Below are positions 48,559 through 60,108 of a DNA stretch of 64,000 nt, in pieces (positions within the stretch are counted from its first letter, which is position 1; each line of letters starts with the position of its first letter). Location: contig BAAIJX010000058.1 in the NCBI GenBank assembly GCA_054600435.1, positions 62,001 to 126,000 of the forward strand. The letters run 5' to 3'. Position numbers and translations under genes: made by a program. This stretch comes from Neophaeotheca triangularis (taxonomy: Eukaryota). A model generated the notes under the pieces. That model made no database searches. It saw nothing but the letters and a program-made list of their open reading frames with translations, and was not told the DNA's origin.

Positions 48559-51027
48559 GTAGGACTAACCCTACCCAGCCGGTCACATTTATCGACGGGC
48601 GTTTTCATTTGTTTTGGTGAAAATGTTCAGTCTCCATAGCATTCTCACAGTTAAACATTACCTTGCCACACAGCCCATCCCGTCTTAGCACTCATCAAGT
48701 CTCAACACCATTCGAGCCCGCCAGCCTCAAATGACCACCTCGACGACAAACAAACAACCCCTGCACCACAAGCCCAAAAATCTCTTCACCCAACCCACGA
48801 CCCTCGCTCGCTTCAACTATCCAAACCCCACCCGACAAAATACCACATCTCCCTCACAGTCACGCATCCCGTTTCCGCAGCGCAGACGACTCAACGGAAA
48901 ATCAATCAACATTAATGATAAATCACTACTACCCACTACCCACTACCCAATACTCTACTCTACTCTACTCTAACCCGCATAGGCAGGGCAGGGTAACTAC
49001 CGCACCACGGAAAGTCAAAGAAAAGGAGACCCACAGCAAGTACTCCTAGTTTAGCTACAGTCTACCCTAGTAGCAAGGTATGTAGGTACTATAGGTAGAT
49101 TAGGTATCATTCATTGTAGACATCCATGTGCTGCCGAAGATAAGTTAGGTGCTATGTATTCATCGTATAATAAGCTTCCGTAGGCAAGCTTCCCGCGCCC
49201 GCTTGCCTTGTGTGTTGAGCTTTCGAACTCTAATCGGGGTTTGTACAGTCGGGAGGTGAGGTTGAGTTTGTTGTGATGAAACGCACGCACGCGCGGGATG
49301 TTGGACGGTGCGTGTGTCGTGTCATGTCGTGGACTCGTGGACTCGTGGTCGACCAAGGTAGGTAGCGTAGGGTAGGGTACCTTGGGTGTCGTGTCGTTCG
49401 TCGCAAGCAAGGGTACCAAAGAATGTACATGCATACCTTACACATGATTACAGGTAGGTAGGTTAGGTACCTTAGCTATTATTGCGTGTGACGGACGGCA
49501 AAGCGCCACCCGCTGACAAAAAGTGCCGTTGCGAGCCTTCTTCTCCCGCTTTTGTAGGCTTGCATCAGACGAGGCCTCTAATTGTTCACGATACACGATG
49601 ACGATGCCTCAGGTAGAGAGGCAGTACTCGGGTGGAATTGCCTCTATAGCTCAGCTGCGGCGTTTCTGCACGAATCTTCACACTTGCATCGTCGCTTGCG
49701 ACCGAAGCTCTGGGACTGGGAAATCTCGCCAATAATGGAATTATCGGGGTATCCAATTATTGTTGATAGCGCGGCAGTCGTCAGGTACGCGCCCCACGCA
49801 CGCGACTCACGAGGCTTTCCGCTTCTAACCCGCCCCGGGAAAGGATTCTGAGCCAGTGTTTTACTGCAGAAACTCTATCATATCCGCGTAGAAGGCAGAG
49901 GTATCTCAAAGTACTTGTGACCCACAAGCCACGCCGCCGTTCCGCGCCATCAAGCAAGAAGAAGAAAACGGGACCTATAATAATACCATAGGTAGTAATC
50001 TGAAGCTGACGATGATGATGAACGGACAAAGCACGCGATTACATCTCCACACCCTACCCAGACCCACGTCGTCTTTCCTTTCATCCACATCTGACAAGCC
50101 TTGCGGTCCTCAACCAAGCTCGCCAACCTCGCCTCACCATTCCACGCCTTCCTTTCTCCCCCCCCCGTCTGTCTGTCTCAACGCCCGCCGGGCCTGAAGC
50201 TTAACATGACAAGACAATAAAAGACACCTGCATACATGTACTTGTACACAGGTCGGGTCTAGCGTTTCGCTCTCACCCGCCAATGCGGTGGGTCCAAGAG
50301 GAATTCTAGCGTTTGGGAAGAAGAAGAATGCCGACTTTATCTCTCGCCTTGGTTTGCTGGTTCCAACTTCCGCAGGGATCATCGGCCGTTGAACAATACC
50401 CTTGTTTCTCTCTCACTCTTTTTTGGCGCCGTCGTTGTCGTCGTCGCTTTTGAAACCGGACCGAGCGAGGCGCCGGTAGTGGTGGGTAGGAGGTCTGGGA
50501 CGGGCATCTTTCACCCGGAGCGGCATTGTTGCGCGGCTTGACTAGTCGTGGGCTTTTTTCGATTGAAGCGTATGCGTTCATTTTGCAGAGGGGGTTTGGG
50601 GCTGGGGCGGTTGGCTTTGGCTGGTGCTGCGGTTGGTGCTTTGCATGTGATGAGAGAAATGTCCGAGTTGATCTTCGGGGTAGGTGGTAGGTGATGAGGG
50701 ACGGGTGGGTTCTTGGGCATTCGTTGCGGAAGCCTTTGTCTCGTTCCAGTCCAGCTCCCATGTCCTCGCTCTCGTGATAATCGTCTTTTGCGATTTCCGT
50801 TTGGGTTCAGTTCTGGTCTTTGCCTTGTTCAATCATTACCTTCTTTTCCTTTCCTTCGCGTTGATCTTCTAATCCGAGACGAGACGACAGGATCATTAGG
50901 TTATCTTCTCTGTCACTGTTTACAATATTCCCTCTTGAGTCTGAGAGTCTTTCTTTGTTCGCTGTCCTCGAAAAGGACGTCTTAATGCCATTGCCGTTCC
51001 TTACCATTCGCAATTGATCAATCAATC

Positions 51028-54000
51028 ATGGTACCCAACTGGGTCTCCCTGACCACAGCCATCGTCGGCCTCCTCTCGACAACGACGATGGCAGCCTCTC
51101 CCCCTTCTGGCTGTGACTGTGGTTACCAAGATCCCAACACCGAACAAGTCTACACCGACGCTCTAATCGTCTACTTCAACGAAACCGACACCATCGACCC
51201 TGAAATCTTCAAACTCCAAGACTTTGCCTCAAGCAAGCAACAGGGCTACAAGTGAGGACCTTACAACACACAGTCGATCCAAAACCTCCGCACTAACACC
51301 CCCCCGCCAGCTCCGTCTACAAGCTCGGCGCCAAACCAAAAAATGCCCAAATCACCAACGACACTTACATGCGACCGCGAACGCAATCACTCCAACTGCA
51401 AGCCGACCCCCCGGCCGACGACCACACCGTCTACGGCGGCAGCCTCAAATCCCAGCGTCAAGACCTGCAATACGGCACTTTCCGCGCAGGCCTGCGGGGC
51501 GCATCTCAATGGACCGGCGGCACCGCCCTCTCCTTCATGCTGCGCTACAACGCCTCGGAAGCGCTGAACATGGACGTCATGAACATGGCGGAAAACGGCA
51601 GCGACGCTCGCGTCTCTTACACCGTCAATGGCGAATGGCCCGACGTCGACAAGACCGTCACCAATTACACGGAATTGCAGGCCGCCGGCATCGATCCCTG
51701 GACCGAGTACCTCGACCTGCGCATGGATTGGAACGAGACCGACTTTGCCGCGTGGGTGGGTGGCGAGTTGGAGCGGCACGTCTCCAAAGGTGACCGCACC
51801 GTTCCCATGGCCGGGCTGCCCATGTTCCTGCGCACTTGGTCGACGGGCGATTCCTATTACATGGCCGGGCCGCCCGGCGTTAATGGATCCCGCGGGCACG
51901 TGCTGTATGTGCGGTCGTTTTTCAACTCGTCAGCCATGACGAGCGGCGAGCATGATGAGTTCGACAAGAGGTGCGGCGGTGCTGATTTGTGCTCCGTGGA
52001 GGACGTGAGTCTGCGTGGCGCGACTGCATACTCGGCCAAAGCCACCGAGCGTTGGGAGCTCGACCTCCACAAGGGCGAGATTGTTCACAATGCCGGCATC
52101 GTCGCGGCGTGCTGTAGCTCTTTTGGCATTTTTGCGCTGATCAATGTCTTTTTCCGCCGCACGCCTTGGGGGGCTTTGGGGGACTTGTTCAAGAAGCCCG
52201 GCAAAGGTAGAAGGAGCAAGTCGAGAACGCCGGACCACGACAACGACACGGCGAGCGATGTTGGTATTTCGGCGGGGAACAAGGGCGGCTTCAACAAATC
52301 CGTGACTTCAATCAACATGGGCAAAGCCGGGAACTCGGAGTCGACGACTTCGCTCCCAATGAAAAAGGCCGGGTACTCCGAGTCGGTCGACTCGATGGCA
52401 TGGGGCGGTGGCCAGACTTCCGGCACGCAGACGCCGCGGTCGGGCATGCAGACACCGCTCCCGGCCTACGAAGCCGGACCGCCAGCCTTCACTTCCCGCA
52501 ACGCCAGCATGGCAAGTCTGCCCCACATGGCCTCGAATCAATCGCTGCGGAACCCCTTTTCCGATCCCGACGCCATCACGCCGATGAACGAAAAGGACAT
52601 CACGGACCGGGACAGCAGGCAATCCATCGAGACGCCCAAGATGCACGACCAGCCGGGTCTTGGCAAGCGGCCTCTGTCCAAGGTCGAGGAGATTCAGACG
52701 GCCGCCGAACCCATGTCGGCGGCACCGTTGACGACGACGGAGAAGGGTAAAGATGTCGCCGTGAGCACTGCCGCCATGGAAGATAAGCCTGCTGCTTCCG
52801 CCATCAAACCAAACTCCGCCGCCCCTGCGAAAAAGCGTATTGACTACTTGGCTGGAATCGTCGCCATAGCGTGTTTGGGAGTGACGTTGCATCACTTTTG
52901 CCAGACATTCTGGCCGTGGGTGACTCAAGGTGAGGCCAAATCCCCCCTTTAACAATAAAACTGTGGTGACTTTGAGCTAACTTCTGGCAAGGCTATGGTC
53001 CAGGACAACACTACGAAGCCGAACGATGGTTCCAAATCTTCCTCGGCAGCTACGTGCTCACACAATTCTGGATCGGTCTCTTCTTCCTGACGGCAACACG
53101 CTTCCTGTGCGCAAACTTTCTCAAAAATGGTAATCTTGAGGATATTGCCAAGAAAGAACTACGCCGGGCTCCCCGACTCTTCGTTCCGATTTTGATAGTG
53201 TCGTTGCTGGAGTACTTTTTACTGGAGATGGGCGTGACGGGCAGCTTGGAATATTTGGCTTCCGTCTCGTGGGCGACATGGCCTTATGTTGAACCACAGC
53301 CCAACTTTGGCGTTTGGATGAATAATATGGTTGAGTTGGCTTACTTGATGCCCAACGCCATTCCGGAGGTTGTCACGCATTACTGCATCGGTGTGCTGTG
53401 GACGGTGCCAGTGCAGTTGCAGTTCACGTATGTGATCCTCACTGGTTCCGTGTTGATTCGTGGTATCAAGGACTGGAGGAAGCGAGCAGCGTTCTTCGCC
53501 CTGGCCATCGTAACGGGCTGGTACGCAAGAGTGAGTTTTGAAAACCTTCTCCCTCCCTTCCCAGCGAGAGCGAAACTAACCAAATTTTTTCCTTCCAGAG
53601 CTGGTCGTCAATCCACTGGTGCGGCCTTGTCCTCGCCGATCTCGAAATCACCTACAAATGGCGCACCTACCTAGGCAAGCACCCAGCAGTCTTCTACACA
53701 GTCTGCAGCTTCGCCTTCATCGGTGCCGCCGGCGCCCCCATCCTCACAATCTTCAACCAAACCTGGTCCTTCAACACGGCCGAAAACAGCATCCACCCGG
53801 ACTTTGATACGGGGAAACCGATAGCCGAACTCGGCGCCGTGTATCCAGGCTACAACGAACCCACCCTCGCCATCATGATCTTCAGCATCGGCCTGCAGAT
53901 GCTCGTCGAACTCACGTCATCACTACAATGGTTCCTCTCGCTCAAACCCATCCTCTGGCTGCACCCGCACATCATGACCATCTACCTAACCCACGGCTTC

Positions 54001-54294
54001 GTGATGTGGAGCTGGGGCGCCTGGGTGTGCGTGCAATTGGCCGAGACGGGCAATGTGCCGTATTGGGCGAATCTGATCATCACGCTCGTGACGACGTATG
54101 CGTGGATTTTCATCCTGGCGCGAGTTTTGACGCCTTTGATGGAGTTTCCCACGCAGGCTTTTATGCGCAATTTGGACCGTTGGACTAGGGATGAGCCCTT
54201 GCCGAAGAGGATGACGATTGCGCCTTTTGGGAAGGAGTTGGTTGTTAAGAGGATGGGTGGGCCGGAGGATGAGAAGGAGAAGGGGGTGGCGTGA
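51028..54294 (+). CDS. Signal peptide + GH16-like ectodomain + TM + disordered linker + Acyltransferase-3 domain (~1025 aa, 4 exons)
   Basis: Exons 51028-51251, 51311-52929, 52992-53530, 53599-54294 join in frame (3078 nt). GCDCGY, DLQYGTFRAG, LRMDWNE, RTWSTGD..AGPP (fungal GH16 pattern); then RIDYLAG..LHHF, ELRRAPRL, GVLWTVPVQ, IYLTHG (AT3 pattern). Confidence 0.85.
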
Positions 54295-54947
54295 GGTTAG
54301 TTTTGGGAGATGGGTTTGCTTTCGCTTTGAGAGTTGGATGCTCTGACACATAGATTATGCGCACTGGATATCACTTCTACCTAAAACTCATGCGGAGATT
54401 CTGTTTTTTGCTCTTACATTTGGACACTGAAGCTGTAGATGACCCTTATGCCCCTGAGAGATGTTCAAGCGGTGGTACTTGGTTTGTTGACCGGGGTGCG
54501 ATAGCAGAGTGTCGGTTGCAGACTTCGTTGTCCCGGAACCCCGAAGCGTCATGGTATCATATGATGGGTCTAGGCGTGGAGTACGAGCCTGGTTGTTGTA
54601 CCGATCGTGAATCTGAGGTGAAGTTGAAGCTGGCCTCATTCACGGTTAAAAGTAGTGCACGTGCTACAACGGCTAGAAGCGGAATTGCTTCCGAATCCGA
54701 GCCGAGCTCCTTCTCGCGCGCGTCACGCTCCCGTTGCGACACGTCCCCCTCAGCTCAGGTTGTTCGCGATAATCGATAATCCCATCTTTCCTTCTACACC
54801 AATTGCCTTGCCCCCCACCTTGCTGTCGCGACACGTCTAGCCCTCGGGAGACTACCCGTCGTATTCCTCTACCCAGCCCCCGGCCGACTTCTCACGACAC
54901 AACACCCTCCACTACTGCCGCCCGCGACACCGCCTTGGCCGCCGACC

Positions 54948-57181
54948 ATGGCGCGACAACCCATCTATTCGGCGACATATTCCAATGTGCGTATATGCCT
55001 GCGCATCTCTTGAACGTCCTTGCACGTGCAATGTAACGTTAAAGCTCCCGAACTGACGCAAACAACCACAGGTCCCCGTCTACGAATTCAACATCGAGGG
55101 CAACCATGTGATGCGCCGCCGTTCCGACGACTGGATCAATGCCACTCACATCCTAAAAGTCGCCGCCTATGACAAGCCCGCTCGCACGAGGATTCTGGAA
55201 AGGGAGGTACAAAAGGGGACGCATGAGAAGGTGCAGGGCGGTTACGGGAAATATCAAGGTTGGTGAATGGTTGTTTGCGTCAACATCAACAACACTATAC
55301 TGATGCACCTCAGGGACGTGGATACCGCTTGAAGAAGGCCGCGTTCTCGCCGATCGCAACAAGGTCTTGGATAAATTACTTCCCATCTTCGACTTCGTGC
55401 CCGGCGATCGCAGTCCCCCTCCGGCCCCCAAACATGCCACGGCTTCCAGCAGACCTCGCGCTCCTAGGGTTGCTGGAGTGAAGCGCAAAGCAGGCAACAA
55501 GGCGGGAAGGAATGGAGGTCTTGCCGCCGGCGTCTACGGCAACGTACCAGACTACGAGCAGATGGATATCCACGGGCGTGAGTCGGAGACGCCAGACAAC
55601 GTCACGGTCGCCAGCGAATCAATCTACATGGACGACTACGACGAAGCGCAGTACAGCGGACAGGGCAAGAGGCGGAGGCTGGATCATGAGGGCGACAGCC
55701 AATCGGCGAGACAAGTGGCGCATCATCTCTGGTCTGAAGAGCTACTCGACTATTTCTGCCTTGAAGACACGCCTCCCGGAACGATGAACACCATGCCCCA
55801 GCCACCGCCAAACGTCAACATCAACGCGCCCATCGACGAAAAAGGCCACACCGCTTTACATTGGGCGGCCGCCATGGGAGACATTGAGCTTGTCAAGACA
55901 CTCATCCGCGACTACCAAGCAAAGATTGAAATTGTGACCACCAACGGCCAATCTCCGCTCATGCGATCGGTCATGTTCACAAATTGCTTCGACAAGCAAA
56001 ACATGGAGCGGGTGGCAGCACTGCTCATTCGCACGGTCAACATGCAAGACTTTGACGGTCAGACAGTCTTTCACCACATCGTCCAAGCCGCTGCGGATAA
56101 GAAGAAGCACGCCTGCGCTCGCTACTACATCGACAGCATCCTAAATAAGATGCAGGAAATGCTACCACCGGACCAGATTGAAAGCATCCTCAACGCCCAA
56201 GACCAAGATGGCAACACCGCCATCACCATAGCAGCCCGTCACGGCGCACGGAAGTGCATCCGCAGCCTGCTCGGCCGCCACGCCCGCGTCGACATCACTA
56301 ACAAAGTCGGCGAAACCGCTGACCAACTCATGCGCGATCTCCGCCTCAACCGCCTCCAAACCGACCGAACCGCCCGCCGTCAAGAATCCTCCTCCCCCTT
56401 CGCCACCGCCCACGACGGCGCCTTCGACGACAACAGCATCCCGTTCAACCCACTCATCCCCCACAACGCCCTCTCTACCCCACCCCCACCGCAACCATTC
56501 AAAACCCCTTCCGCTCTAAATCTAACAACGCAAATCCTCCCCCAACTCCTAACCAAAGGTCGCACCCTCGCCGCCACCCTCGACGAACAAGTACAAACCG
56601 CCCGCGCCGACCTTGACGATCTCGAACGCCTAACCGCCCACCGCAAAGCCGAAATCGCGCACTTACAATCCCAAGCTGCCGAGCTCGAAAAAGAACCCAT
56701 AGATACCCACCACGACAACGGCCACGCTTCCGCTACCGACCCCAACACCGCTGTCCCCGAATACAACGCCCTCTGCGCCTCCATCGACAATTTGCAAGCC
56801 GAAATCGCAGATCTCCTCATCATCGAACAAGAAAACACCCTCTCCGCCGCTCTCGACCAATCCCCATCCACTTCCACCCCTCCCAACGACGAAAACAACA
56901 GCAACACCATCTCAACCACCGAGTTGATCCACTCAGCCCAGCACCTAGTGCAATTACAACTCCGTCGGAAGGAATTGGCGACTTTTGTCGGTCAACGCAT
57001 GGCTGAGAGTGGGTTCGATCCAAAGTCGGAGGAGTATCGTCGTTTGATTACTGGAGCTCTTGGTGTGAGGGAGGAGGATGTCGCCGTGCTTTTGCCAGAG
57101 ATTTGTCGGGAATTGGAGGAGGGGGTCGAAGGTGGGGCTAGGTTGGGTGCGGGTGCGAGTGTGGATGGGGGTTTGGAGTAG
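54948..57181 (+). CDS. MBP1: APSES/KilA-N + ankyrin G1/S transcription factor (Mbp1/Res-like), 3 exons
   Basis: [14 protein letters not shown]...[17 protein letters not shown]...RTRILERE...[17 protein letters not shown]; ankyrin [12 protein letters not shown] and [10 protein letters not shown]-terminal coiled coil. Confidence 0.9.
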
Positions 57182-57864
57182 ATGGGGGAAAAGGGTGAGG
57201 GGAGTTTGAACAGGCTGGCTGTTTGTCCAAGGGGCTCGATGTGAGTTTGAGTGGCAGGCAATTACGTGGGAATAATGGACGTTATTCTCCGGAACGCGGA
57301 TGACTGAGGAAAGGCAGCGGGAAGCGTGGGGTCTGACAGCGCCTTGGGCGGTTGGAGAACTAAGTGTAGCGAAAGCAGCGAGAGAGAAAGGAGCAGGCAG
57401 GTAGGTAGCTAGGAAGCGAAAGAAAACCCTTCAATTGGCTCGATAGCGCTAGAAGCCCCCTCTTCTACCCCGGCAAGCCCGCAAATGTCTGACCTCCAAC
57501 GCGTCTATGAAGGAATATAATGTCTTCAACTCAATCTTCTGCCGAGCAGCATGGGCAATATCAAAAAAAAAAAAAAAAAAACCCCAAGAACTCTTGACAA
57601 CCAATCCACTGACGCACGAACGGAACGAACGCACGGACGCTTGATGCTGCCGCTCGATATCCATGTGATGCATGTACTTCGTATTATACTAATGAAAGGT
57701 AGGTAAGACGTCTAGAAATGACCGCTCGCCGAGGGTAACCTTTCCCGGTCCTGGTGAGCGCCTGAGTCTGACGATACAACCTGTGTGTTGTGTTGGGAGA
57801 AGCGAGGCTCGAGCGGAGCGTGGTTTTCCGACTGCTGGGTGAGTCTGGACTTGCTACCTTTTCC

Positions 57865-57896
<32 letters not shown>

Positions 57897-58985
57897 GCTT
57901 TTTTTTTTCTTTGCTTTTTCGCTCTAGCCTTGCTTAACCTGCTTATTAGACCTCTCCCACCGTCTCGCGGCCAGGTATCTTCTGCTACCCGTGGCGGGGT
58001 GGGGGTTTGCTGCGTGTAGGTAGAGCTGGAGGAGAGCGCGGATGGCTAGTTGGTTGGTTGGTTGGTCGGTTGGTTGGTTGGCTCGCTCGCTCGCTTTTTC
58101 ACCGTTGTCATAATGATAGAGAACAGCCGCTTTTTCGCGGTGACGGAGGGTGCGTGTCGCGGGGTCAAAGGGACCGGAGGGAGGAGGCGACTGCGTCGGT
58201 TTGGGCTGGTGGGGTGGATGCTTGCGGCCGATTGCCCCGAGGCGTTTTCGCGTGGTGCAAATGCCGATGGGAGTGTTTGTTTGAGGTTGGGAGTTTGGGG
58301 GTTGAGGCTGTTTTTGTTGGTGGATGAGGATTTGGGCGCGGCTTGGGTTGGGAGGCTTGCCGCTTGGTGCTTGCTGAGAATCCAAAGGAGAGAGTCGTAG
58401 GAGTGCTTGGTGCTTGCTGCGTTCCGTGGGTCTTGCTTGGGCGCGTGCGTTGCTCTTGAGGGGTTGTTTTGTATTTGGGGGTTTTGGCTTTTCTCCTCGT
58501 GGAGCTTGGTCTCGGGGGCGTTTCGTTGCATCTCTGAGATTGGAACAAAGGAGTCTAGAGCGGGTACGTGCCTTGGGCTTCTGGCTGCTGCGATGTGCTT
58601 CTCCGATGAGGGCTATGGCGGACTAGCCGACGGTACCTTTTCGAGAAAAGGAAGAACCTGAGGTCCTACTTGACCGCGGGGCTCACATGGGCAGTTGCGG
58701 CGAGCGGTTGTGACAGGGTTGGCGTTGTGTTGTCCGTCCGCCATCTTCGCTCTTCATACGTGTGCACTGTTTTCCGGGGCTCGACATGCGCCCTTGTGAC
58801 GAAAGCACACGTCGACGGCTAGCCAACAATGCCCCTCTCAATCAGAATCCCGAGCAAGGCCCTCAACTCGGATCCATAGACATATTCCCGTTTGAGCGGA
58901 GCCGCAACCACGAGCAAATAACGATGCCCTGTAACAACTGTCAAAGCTTCCCTGAATGAAACTCAAACAGAAAGACCAGACTCCC

Positions 58986-59696
58986 TCACTTAATAGACTT
59001 GACCAACCCCCTCAGCTCACCCCCCTCGACAACCTCCCCATCCCCACTCCCCGACCCAACCACCCCACCCATACCAACCCCCCAACCCTCTCCCACCTCC
59101 CCTACGACCCTCCCCGGCCGTCCTCCAACCACACTCCCCGGCGGTACAACCATACCACCCGGTAGCACCGTCCCGGGCAAAATCTTACAAAACTCCTTCA
59201 CAACACTAAAAGCACCCAGAGCGCATCCCTCCCCAACCCAAACATGGCTAGAGATACTAATACTCCCGACAGAGCAATTCGGCCCCACAAAGACATTATC
59301 GCCAATCCGCATCGGGTAGGGGGTACTCACACCCCGCGAGAAGCGTATGGGAGGTGTGAGGGTTGTTGAGGGTGCGATTAGCGTGTAGCGGCCGATTGTG
59401 ATTGCCGTCGAGGGGGTCGCGGGTTTGGAAGAGGCATCGCTGGGAGTGCTGCTGGAAGGGCGGTTGAGATCGCCACGGAGGTGCACGTTCTCCATTAGCA
59501 CGGTTTTGCCGCCCAGCATTATGTTTGTTTTGCCTTCTATGCGCGCGCGGCGGGAGATTTTGTTGCCCGTGTCCTTGGGAGAGAAGTCAGTGGGAGTCTT
59601 GAGGTTAGGTTTGGGGGTTTAGTGAAAGGTGAGGCGCACCGTTTCGATGTATTCTGATCGCGTTGACCTTCTCGTTACCGGGGCGGGGCGGGACAT
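58986..59696 (-). CDS. DCTN5: Dynactin subunit 5 (p25), left-handed beta-helix, 2 exons
   Basis: SEYIET|DTGNKISRRARIEGKTNIMLGGKTV...LRGDL...IGDNVFVG; intron 59639-59574. Confidence 0.9.
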
Positions 59697-60108
59697 GACG
59701 ATATCTTGTCGATGAAATTTCAGGTAGGATTTCAGTCTCCGATCCTTTGGCGGATGCTGGTTAGCCTTCACTATGTGACCTCGATTCTCGCTATGTCACT
59801 GCCTTGATGTTGTTTTCGCGCGGATAGTATATCAAGTTAATGTACTGATGTTTGAAGTGCAGTTAAAGGAGGCAAAAGCGCGCTATTCCCGCTTTGGGTG
59901 AATATGGCGGCAGCTCCCGTGCTTTCTGCAATGCTTGAGAGTAGGTATTCCAACAACATTGCTTCACCTTCTAGAACGCTCTTCCTTGTCTCTTCTTATA
60001 TTCAACCTGCGAAATCATTCCCCGGGGAGATCATTTCAAAGCCTAGAGTTGAACGGAGTTAAGGCTCGCTCTTTAAAAGGACGATTTACTTTCTAAAAAT
60101 TCCCAAGA

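Noticed and set aside
54711..54835. MCB/SCB-like CGCG sites upstream of MBP1 (also 22084-22102 and 59813-59823)
   Set aside because: Short GC motifs expected by chance; no exact ACGCGT cluster.
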